Assembly (NCBI GenBank): GCA_900548115.1
Contig: URJL01000004.1
Location: forward strand, 7,101 to 71,100
Length of the DNA: 64,000 nt
Direction: 5' to 3'
Source of the DNA: an uncultured Eubacteriales bacterium
GTDB lineage: Bacteria > Bacillota > Clostridia > Oscillospirales > CAG-382
Every line of letters begins with the position of its first letter. Position 1 is the stretch's first letter. Of this stretch, positions 46,437 through 53,936 are shown piece by piece. A program made the translations under genes and the position numbers. Under the pieces are notes generated by a model that ran no database searches, was not told where the DNA came from, and saw only the letters and a program-made list of their open reading frames with translations.

Positions 46437-46640
46437 GAGCAAAAGGCGAGAAAGACATATGACAATATCCTGCGGCTTGTCGACGATCCCGATGTCCGCG
46501 ACCCGATAAAATTCCTGCGTGCAAGGGAGATAGTCCATTTCCAGCGGTTCGGCGAGGGTATGCGCCTTGCGACGGATAAGCTGAATTCAAAGAATTTCTA
46601 TGCTTTCAACCCGTCCTTCGATAAGAATTGCCTTAAATAA
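46437..46640 (+). CDS. cotJC: cotJC 3' segment (last 67 codons)
   Basis: ..EQKARKTYDNILRLVDDPDVRDPIKFLRAREIVHFQRFGE.. is the conserved CotJC C-terminal third. It has no RBS of its own and is in frame with 37807-38211 once the element is removed. Confidence 0.85.
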   Translation, partial: EQKARKTYDNILRLVDDPDVRDPIKFLRAREIVHFQRFGEGMRLATDKLNSKNFYAFNPSFDKNCLK

Positions 46641-46686
46641 ACCCCTGATACGCAAATTTTTGTTGACTTTTTGACCCTGATAACTT

Positions 46687-46712
46687 AGAGCAGCTTCGGC
46701 TGCTCTTTTTTA
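46687..46712 (+). terminator. rho-independent terminator of the cotJ operon
   Basis: AGAGCAGC-TTCG-GCTGCTCT followed by T6. Confidence 0.8.
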
Positions 46713-46742
46713 ATTCCGAACGCCAAAAATCAACTTATCTTA

Positions 46743-46771
46743 TTGACAAAAAGTTATTAACACATTATAAT
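46743..46771 (+). promoter_or_regulatory. consensus sigmaA-type promoter
   Basis: TTGACA-17 nt-TATAAT. Confidence 0.6.
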
Positions 46772-46818
46772 ATTTTTGTTTACTATGCTCTAACGGATTG
46801 GGGAAAAGGAGTGTTCGG

Positions 46819-47315
46819 ATGAAAAAGTGGCAAAAAGCCGTATTCATCGTGGTGCTTACCGTATTCGTGGGCGCTTCGGTGTGGATGACCTTCAACTCTG
46901 CATCGGCGACGCGCTTGCCTCGGGCATGAAGCTCGCCGAGGAGGATATGAATGTCAGGATCAACGACTATCAGATGTATCTCTCGGGCGAACGCCTTGAG
47001 AACTATGCAGGGGTCATAGGCTGGTTTACAAGCCCTATTTCGGCTCTCATCAGCCTTATAATCCCGCTGCTTTTCTACCGCTACGGCTTTACCTCGGATT
47101 GGGATGTCCTTTTTGTTGACTCCATCCGTACAAAGTGCATGATAGTGGGCGTTGCCTTTGACCTTGTCGGGCACCTGCTCTGCTGCCTGCCGTATCTCTT
47201 CTTCTGGGATTATACCGACGAGAAGCATGCCGAGGTCATGCATGCCCTGAGCGAGCGCGCGGACGCCGCCGAGCTTGAAGCTATAAAAGAAAAGGCGCAG
47301 GCAACGGCAGATTAA
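46819..47315 (+). pseudogene. remnant of a GPH/MFS_2-type sugar:cation symporter (C-terminal third, apparently frameshifted)
   Basis: AAGGAG+ATG opens a 36-codon frame (MKKWQKAVFIVVLTVFVGASVWM..). The overlapping frame 46827-47315 encodes ..INDYQMYLSGERLENYAGVIGWFTSPISAL...LPYLFFWDYTDEKHAEVMHALSER, which resembles the last helices and tail of GPH transporters. Confidence 0.4.
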
Positions 47316-47367
47316 GCCTTTTCGGTCAGATATGGTGCGAATTATCAGTTTATTAACAAAAAAAAGC

Positions 47368-47396
47368 TTGCATATTCAGCGGCTGTAATGTATAAT
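47368..47396 (+). promoter_or_regulatory. sigmaA-type promoter
   Basis: TTGCAT-17 nt-TATAAT upstream of yajC. Confidence 0.55.
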
Positions 47397-47427
47397 TGTT
47401 ACATTAATGTTTTGGAGGTCATATTAA

Positions 47428-47898
47428 ATGAATTTTATCCCCCTTCTTGCTCAGCTCGGCGGATCGGCCGGCGGCGCATCCTCAACCCAGCAGAGTAACC
47501 CCATTATGATGATAGTAATGATGGCTGCCCTTTTTGCCGTTATGTATTTCGTTATGATCAGACCGCAGAAGAAAAAGCAAAAAGAAGAGCAGAACATGCG
47601 TGACAGCATCCAGGTCGGCGATGAGATAACCACCATCGGCGGCATCATGGGCAGAGTCGTCACCGTCAAAGAGGATTCTATCATCATCGAGACCGGCGCG
47701 GACAGAAACAAGATGAAGATCACCCGCTGGGCTGTTTCGACCAACAATACCGCCACCGAGAAGGCGGAGGCTGAGAGACAGGCCGCCAAGGAAGCTGCCG
47801 AAGCTGAGAAGAAAAAGAAGATGGACGAAGCCGTTGAGAACAGCAAGGCAAGCAGAAAGAAATCAAAGAAGAAGAAGGACGACACCTTCGACAGCTGA
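47428..47898 (+). CDS. yajC: preprotein translocase subunit YajC with K/E-rich C-terminal extension
   Basis: MMIVMMAALFAVMYFVMIRPQKKKQKE...GDEITTIGGIMGRVV is the YajC signature. Confidence 0.85.
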   Translation: MNFIPLLAQLGGSAGGASSTQQSNPIMMIVMMAALFAVMYFVMIRPQKKKQKEEQNMRDSIQVGDEITTIGGIMGRVVTVKEDSIIIETGADRNKMKITRWAVSTNNTATEKAEAERQAAKEAAEAEKKKKMDEAVENSKASRKKSKKKKDDTFDS

Positions 47899-47957
47899 GA
47901 ATAATTTATTCGCCCCCCTCATATCATGTACTAACATGACGTGAGGGGAGTATTTTT

Positions 47958-48371
47958 ATGCCTGCGAAAACCAAAAAAGCGAGGCGTGAGGAGCAGTCGG
48001 CTTCTCCGTTTAAGAAGATTGCCGTCGGTGCGGCGATAGGTGCGGTGCTTTTCTTTGCTTTTACGGCGGCCTTTGCCCTCGCTTCGCTCAAAAGCGGCAT
48101 AGGCTCGGGGGCATATTTCCCCGCAGGCTTGATAATCGCCCTGCTCTCGGGGCTTGCCGCGGGCTTTGCGGCGGCGAAGCCTATTAAAAAGAACGGGCTT
48201 GCCTGCGGTGCGCTTGCGGGGCTTTGCGCCTCGCTGCCCTGCGCTGCGGTTGCGGCTCTGCTCAGCTCGGGCGCGGGCGTGCGGCTGATAGCCTTTATCG
48301 GCGCAATGACCCTCGGCGGCGCTCTGGGCGGAGTTGCGGCGGTGAATATCAAAAAGAGGGCGAAGTATTGA
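47958..48371 (+). CDS. small integral membrane protein (TIGR04086/YrzE-like, tentative)
   Basis: 137 aa, Gly/Ala-rich with about 4 TM segments. A position after yajC is common for this family in Firmicutes. Confidence 0.55.
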   Translation: MPAKTKKARREEQSASPFKKIAVGAAIGAVLFFAFTAAFALASLKSGIGSGAYFPAGLIIALLSGLAAGFAAAKPIKKNGLACGALAGLCASLPCAAVAALLSSGAGVRLIAFIGAMTLGGALGGVAAVNIKKRAKY

Positions 48372-48925
48372 GCCGCCGTGCCGTGACCGCCGTCGTTTTG
48401 CTGGTATCCGCGGCGATCGCTCTCTCGTCCTGCGCGCTGCAAACGGAGATGTCGCCCGAGATATTTCTTGAACGTCTTGCCGAAGCCGATAAAACGCTGA
48501 GCGTTGACTTTGACGGCAGATATTACAGCGGCGACCGCTGCTATTGCTTCGTCAGCGACGGGGGAGGGACCGAATATGTGCTCTCCATGCAGACCTGCGC
48601 CGACGGCAGCGTGCAGTCCGTGAGCCTTGCAAGCACCGCGGTTGACAGGACAGCTGCTTTTATTTCGCTTGCGGGCACGGTGACATCGGTCTATTCTCCG
48701 CAGGAGGATATCAAAGCGATTGTTTCGGCGCTTTTTGCAGACGGTGAGGTAGGGGAGCGGTGCGAATACTATAACACACGCCGCTATGAATATTCCTCGG
48801 CTTCAAGCGAAAACGGGCTGTATTTCTCGATCGACGATCTGCGCCTCGGCGAGCGCAGCACACCCGCCCTGACCCTCGGCGACCTCTCGGGCTATCTGAA
48901 TAGATCAAAGCCTTCGGCGCGATAG
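48368..48925 (+). CDS. lipoprotein, unknown function
   Basis: TTG start overlapping the upstream stop, with a GAGGG RBS. Signal peptide with lipobox ALSS|C. Confidence 0.5.
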   Translation: MSRRAVTAVVLLVSAAIALSSCALQTEMSPEIFLERLAEADKTLSVDFDGRYYSGDRCYCFVSDGGGTEYVLSMQTCADGSVQSVSLASTAVDRTAAFISLAGTVTSVYSPQEDIKAIVSALFADGEVGERCEYYNTRRYEYSSASSENGLYFSIDDLRLGERSTPALTLGDLSGYLNRSKPSAR

Positions 48926-48938
48926 CGTCGGAGGCTTT
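48907..48938 (+). terminator. hairpin terminator, copy 1 of a repeated 32-nt element
   Basis: AAAGCCTTCGGCGC-GATA-GCGTCGGAGGCTTT (14-bp stem including two G-U pairs). Near-identical copy at 50281-50312. Confidence 0.6.
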
Positions 48939-49014
48939 AGTGATTTCATCATCAATATTTTATATGAAAAAATATTACAAACGGTAAATAATCAATAGGT
49001 TACAAAAATGTTAC

Positions 49015-49043
49015 TTGACTTAGCAAATTAAATTATATATACT
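49015..49043 (+). promoter_or_regulatory. sigmaA-type promoter
   Basis: TTGACT-17 nt-TATACT. Confidence 0.5.
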
Positions 49044-49142
49044 GAAATTGCAAAGACGCTTATTTTGACAGGGGGTGTCTCCGATGTGGCGTCGGGCGGC
49101 GGACAAAAGATAAATTCAATATCAAAAAACGGAGGAGATAAC

Positions 49143-50225
49143 ATGAAGAGAGTATCTGCATTGATTTTAGCCCTTATGTTTTTATTTCTCGCGTCCTGCG
49201 GCACGGATGCCGCGCCGGAGACCACGACGGAGCAGGCAAATTCCGTCTCGACGGATTTGAAAATTGATTATGAGACCGTCAAAGTTCCGTTTAAATCCGT
49301 GTCGTCACCTTTGCTGCTCGACGACAAGCTGGTAATGGCGGTCGCAACTGCGGACAGGACGGAGACCGACCGCCGTTATCTGATCTCATATGACATCGGC
49401 AGCGGCAAATATGATAACATCTTTGAGAGTACGCACGAGCTCGGCGATATTCAGAGCATTCGGTTTGACAGCGAGTGGCTCATATGGAACGACTGCGAGA
49501 TCTATAATTCCGCGCGCAACATATATTGCATGAATTATAAGACAAAAGAGATAACTCAGATAACCAAGCTCGGCAATGATTCTGCGGTCGGTGAGCCGTG
49601 CATTTCCGACGGAGTTGTGTTCTGGGATGAGTGCATTGATATCGGCGGCGAGAATACACGCTCGCTCATTAAAGCCTATGACTGCACGACCAAGGAGACA
49701 AAGACGATATCTGAGGACGGCGATAAAGTGAGCGCGGGTGACGGCAAGGCCGTTTTCACCGTCAATAAGGGCGGCAAAACTACCCTCGGCGTATACGATA
49801 TTGCGAGCGGCAAGGTGACGGAGCTCGCCTTGGGCGACGGCAGCTACACGTTAAAGGATTGCGCCGCCGGTTACGCCCTCTATGTCGAGACAAAAGACCC
49901 GTCAAGAGGCGATTCCTCGCAAAAAACATGGATCATCGACCTTAGCGACGGCAAAACCGCCGTGGCGGATATCTTTCCCGACGGGGCGAAAATGTTCGGC
50001 GATTATGCAGTTTCGTGCACCGCATCGGCGCTTTGGTTCTATAAGAGAGACGGCGGAACGCTCAGCATTATCGACGGACTGCGCGATACAAATGTTGCCG
50101 ACGCATCTTTTGCCGGGAACAACACGGTCATCAGCGTTATTAAAAATGTCGGCTCGGGTACCTCCGAGGGCTTGGTTAATGAGACCGAAATGCATATATT
50201 CGATCTTAATAAACTGAGCGTGTGA
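49143..50225 (+). CDS. lipoprotein, possibly beta-propeller-like, unknown function
   Basis: GGAGGAG RBS. MKRVSALILALMFLFLAS|C lipobox; 360 aa. Confidence 0.6.
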   Translation: MKRVSALILALMFLFLASCGTDAAPETTTEQANSVSTDLKIDYETVKVPFKSVSSPLLLDDKLVMAVATADRTETDRRYLISYDIGSGKYDNIFESTHELGDIQSIRFDSEWLIWNDCEIYNSARNIYCMNYKTKEITQITKLGNDSAVGEPCISDGVVFWDECIDIGGENTRSLIKAYDCTTKETKTISEDGDKVSAGDGKAVFTVNKGGKTTLGVYDIASGKVTELALGDGSYTLKDCAAGYALYVETKDPSRGDSSQKTWIIDLSDGKTAVADIFPDGAKMFGDYAVSCTASALWFYKRDGGTLSIIDGLRDTNVADASFAGNNTVISVIKNVGSGTSEGLVNETEMHIFDLNKLSV

Positions 50226-50280
50226 TAAGCGGAGGGTTATCTCGGCGAACCGCAGAAGATCCTCATGTATGACTGATAAT

Positions 50281-50312
50281 AAAGCCTTCGGCGCAATAGC
50301 GTCGGAGGCTTT
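50281..50312 (+). terminator. hairpin terminator, copy 2 of the repeated element
   Basis: AAAGCCTTCGGCGC-AATA-GCGTCGGAGGCTTT. Confidence 0.6.
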
Positions 50313-50519
50313 ATCGCTTTAAATCATACCGAATATTTTTGCTGAAAAATGTTAATAAAGTATGAAATATATGTAAATTTCAAGAATATTTGTTGACTTT
50401 ATAGCCCTGATTATATATGCTATAGTTGTAAGGGGGAGATTCCGATGGCTTGTTGATTCTTTTGATCTTGAGGTAATCAGTAAAATTTCAAAAGTTATAT
50501 AAGATGGGAGGAAACAGCA

Positions 50520-52901
50520 GTGAGTAAATCCAATAAACACTTTAAAAGAAGATTATCATTTTTTTTAGTGTTTGTTTTGGCTTTCGGAAGTGTTGTCAGC
50601 GTTTCTGCCGAGGAGCTTTCGCAGAGAAATTACTCGGCTAAAGAGGATATCAGCTACGAGAATTACCGACTTGCAGATTTGCCGGAAGTTATTGCAAACT
50701 CTATACTTACTACCGATACTACCCCCGTAGAAATAATAAATCAAGACACCGACGATATTTACAGTATTACCGTAAAAAACAGTGATGGCACAAATACCCT
50801 GCATATTTTCCAAACACCGATAAAATATGTTGATGGCAATTCGGTAAAACTTAAGGACACAGCTATAAATAGTTCGACTAAGCGGATTTCAATGTTTGAC
50901 ACCTATGCTTATGAGAGCGGAGATAATGAGATTAAAGGCTATTTTCCCGAGCATATCAGCGACGGCGTTAAGGTTGAATATGATGATTATTCCGTAACCC
51001 TTACGCCTATGCCTGATATTAATCTGTCGAATTCTGAGGTTAAAGCAACCTCCACAGTCGCAAGGGTCGGAAATAGCGTGGCGTATACCGATGTTTTCGG
51101 CGAGAATGTTTCGCTTGAGTACTTTTCAACCTTAAACGGAGTTAAAGAGAATATCATTCTTGCAGAGTACAGCGGCAAGAATACGTTTTCGTTTATCATT
51201 GATACCGACGGCTTAGTTCCCGAGAAAATGAGCGGCGATTCGATTCCTCTTCTTGACCCCGAAACCGGTGAAATGAAATTGTATATCGGTCAGATCAATG
51301 CAAAAGATTCCTACACGGGTGATAACGAAAACGACGATACGCATTTTACACTTTACAATTCACTTGAGCTTGAGCAGATCGGCAACAAGGCGGATGTGTA
51401 TAAGCTGACGATCGTAGTTGACAAGGAGTTCCTTGAGAGCGAGACTACGGTTTATCCCGTTACTATTGACCCTACTGTAAGCATGGCGGCCACCAATATG
51501 TCCGATGCTCCTGTTTTCAGCGGATATCCCACGCGCAATTATTATACAAATGAGTATAATATGGTTGGCTATCACGGCTCGTCATATAAAGAAGCGATCA
51601 GTTACGTTAAGCTGAATACTTTGTCGAGCTATAAGTATATCAACCCGCAAAAAATAAATCTTGCTTATTATAGGGTGTATGAAGGCTCGGGAAAAACAAG
51701 TACGGCTACGATCAATCTGTATGATACGGTTTCTACTTGGAATGACACGACCATAACCTATAATAATAAACCGAGTTTTGCGGGGAACGCCGCAAGCTCA
51801 CAGACCATAAGCTCCTCGGGCTGGTATCTTTTCAGTATTACCTCGTTATTTAAGAATTGGTTGCAGGGAACGCTTGGCGAGGGCGGCTTTTCGCATAACT
51901 ACGGTTTTGCGCTGTCGGCAAGCACGACCGGTGTTTCAAGCAGACATTTCTGCTCCGCAAACAGCGCCAACTATTTGCCCACGATAGTTGTTCAGTATTC
52001 TGAAGATACGTCAATAGCCGACGGAGCATACTATATTAAGTCAAAGTATAGTAATCTGTATTTGGACACAGAACAGAATGCGAGTGCCAACGGAAATGTT
52101 ATACAGTATGGTTTCCATGGCAATGATAATCAGGTATGGGTTGTGAAACATCAAAGTGACGGATATTATAAGCTGTATTCTCCGTGGTATGATGAAACAA
52201 AGTGCCTTGACGTTACAAGCAATCCTACTCAGAACGGCTCAAATGTAGATGTATATGACGACGGCGACGGTGATTATCTGCTGTTTAAGCTGGTTTCAAA
52301 CAATGACGGCTCGTATAGGATTATTTCAAAATGGAGCGGCAATCAAAAGGTTCTTGATGTTTGCGGCCCGAGCACTGCACCAACGGCCAATATACAGATT
52401 TGGGAATATCTTAATGTTGATCAGCAGAAATGGTATTTTGAACCAGTTAGCAATGGTGCTGCCTCGCCATATAGGGCTGTGGGAAGTGGCGAACCGAGAT
52501 GCTTTTCTTATGCTTTAGAAGTGTCGGACAATCCTCCATTTCGTGTTTCGCCTTATGAAACGGTAGACACATTTTATGATTACCAAGTTTATCCGTATAT
52601 TACAGAAACCTTAGGTCGTAGCTGTAGAAAACTGTCTTCACAATACAGTCCCATAGGGAGTTCTGAATACAGGGTTGCAATGCGTATTGGAATACACACA
52701 AAACAAGAAGGAAAGGACGAAATAGTTGCTTGTGATTTTCATTTTATAGTCCAGACTAATAGCGGAGGTTGGGCACAGAAGCAAGGAACACATGCATCTG
52801 AATATTTAGGATTGATAAATATTAATAATAGAAATTGGAATAAAAACAATTATGTGAATTTTTATGACAGTGAAACGATTTATCTTGCTGTCACAAGATG
52901 A
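50520..52901 (+). CDS. secreted DNRLRE-domain / ricin-B-lectin protein with C-terminal Cys-His domain
   Basis: GTG start after GGGAGGAAA. Signal peptide ..SVVSVSA|EE. DNRLRE-like region (YRVYEGSG..NLYDTVSTWNDTTITYNNKP). Ricin beta-trefoil with QxW-like repeats (NQVWVV, LLFKLV, QQKWYF). Last ~150 aa contain CFSYAL ... DFHFIVQTNSGGWAQKQG. Confidence 0.75.
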   Translation: MSKSNKHFKRRLSFFLVFVLAFGSVVSVSAEELSQRNYSAKEDISYENYRLADLPEVIANSILTTDTTPVEIINQDTDDIYSITVKNSDGTNTLHIFQTPIKYVDGNSVKLKDTAINSSTKRISMFDTYAYESGDNEIKGYFPEHISDGVKVEYDDYSVTLTPMPDINLSNSEVKATSTVARVGNSVAYTDVFGENVSLEYFSTLNGVKENIILAEYSGKNTFSFIIDTDGLVPEKMSGDSIPLLDPETGEMKLYIGQINAKDSYTGDNENDDTHFTLYNSLELEQIGNKADVYKLTIVVDKEFLESETTVYPVTIDPTVSMAATNMSDAPVFSGYPTRNYYTNEYNMVGYHGSSYKEAISYVKLNTLSSYKYINPQKINLAYYRVYEGSGKTSTATINLYDTVSTWNDTTITYNNKPSFAGNAASSQTISSSGWYLFSITSLFKNWLQGTLGEGGFSHNYGFALSASTTGVSSRHFCSANSANYLPTIVVQYSEDTSIADGAYYIKSKYSNLYLDTEQNASANGNVIQYGFHGNDNQVWVVKHQSDGYYKLYSPWYDETKCLDVTSNPTQNGSNVDVYDDGDGDYLLFKLVSNNDGSYRIISKWSGNQKVLDVCGPSTAPTANIQIWEYLNVDQQKWYFEPVSNGAASPYRAVGSGEPRCFSYALEVSDNPPFRVSPYETVDTFYDYQVYPYITETLGRSCRKLSSQYSPIGSSEYRVAMRIGIHTKQEGKDEIVACDFHFIVQTNSGGWAQKQGTHASEYLGLININNRNWNKNNYVNFYDSETIYLAVTR

Positions 52902-52911
52902 GAGGTAAACG

Positions 52912-53781
52912 ATGAAAGTAGCAAGAATATTTATTATTTTGATAGTTGTGCTGTGCTTGTTTGGCTGTTCGAAAAAAATGATAAATGATGACAAGTCAGT
53001 TTCTGATAGCAATTTGCTATCAACAGGTGAGAAGAAATTTGATTCGGAAACAGGCTTAGGAGAGAAATTGCTTAATGAATCAACTGAGAAAAGTGTAAGC
53101 TATCATTATGCAACTTCGATGTCAGATGCATTGGCGATTGCAAAACCGACAAAAACGGATTTTAACGAAAAAACTACTTCTATATGGACATCAGCCTCGA
53201 TTCCAGAAAGCCTTTTTTCTTACAAAAAAAGAGGAGATATGCTCTATATTGATGATAGTAAGTTCCCGGAAGGCGCAAGAGAATGTGAAGGATTGCCACT
53301 GATACAACGCGTCCTGCCAAAAGGTATATCAGTTAAACGAATCAACTCAAGTTTTACATATGATGAGAAAAATTGGATGATTGTTTTGTCGAAAGGTCTT
53401 TTTGCCTACAAAATGGCTGGCGGTGAAGTTGCGATTATGACTGCTCCGCAAAACGCAGAAGTATCATCAAATGAAAAATATGGTGTGCCGCAGAAGTCAG
53501 ATTGGCTTAAGGTGCAATTGGAAGGTTTTGATAAAAATAATCAATTAATTTTCCGGACTGATTATAAAAACTTTTGGTGGGCAAATGCATATGTAAAAAG
53601 TGACATACAGAATTTTGATGAAATAACAGTTAAATACAAATTGACATTCAAAACCGAAGAAATGGCTGATTTGTATGTTATGGAGATCAAGAAAAACGGC
53701 TTTAAGAAAGTTGCTTCGGAGCAAGCATTAATTGCAAATAGTTATTCCAAAGATGGGAAAAATGTATTGTGTTCTTTTTAA
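52912..53781 (+). CDS. lipoprotein, unknown function (10 nt downstream of the 50520 gene)
   Basis: MKVARIFIILIVVLCLFG|C lipobox. Same low GC as the upstream gene. Confidence 0.55.
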   Translation: MKVARIFIILIVVLCLFGCSKKMINDDKSVSDSNLLSTGEKKFDSETGLGEKLLNESTEKSVSYHYATSMSDALAIAKPTKTDFNEKTTSIWTSASIPESLFSYKKRGDMLYIDDSKFPEGARECEGLPLIQRVLPKGISVKRINSSFTYDEKNWMIVLSKGLFAYKMAGGEVAIMTAPQNAEVSSNEKYGVPQKSDWLKVQLEGFDKNNQLIFRTDYKNFWWANAYVKSDIQNFDEITVKYKLTFKTEEMADLYVMEIKKNGFKKVASEQALIANSYSKDGKNVLCSF

Positions 53782-53890
53782 GTTAAAGAATGTGATGAGA
53801 AGATTTCAGCAAGATTATAATCCCAATGGAAGCGTCGAATGGCTTAAAAACCGCAAGCACCAACTTATCACATCATTCAAATAAGCATAC

Positions 53891-53932
53891 AAAAAGCAGG
53901 CTGTTGAGTTACACAACAGCCTGCCGTTTTTT
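53891..53932. terminator. bidirectional terminator
   Basis: GCAGGCTGTTG/CAACAGCCTGC stem flanked by A5 and T6. Confidence 0.75.
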
Positions 53933-53936
53933 AAAA

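Noticed and set aside
46425-46640. 71-aa ORF as an independent small gene
   Set aside because: It has no RBS. Its ATG lies in element/att DNA, and from residue 3 onward the sequence is exactly the missing C-terminal third of CotJC.
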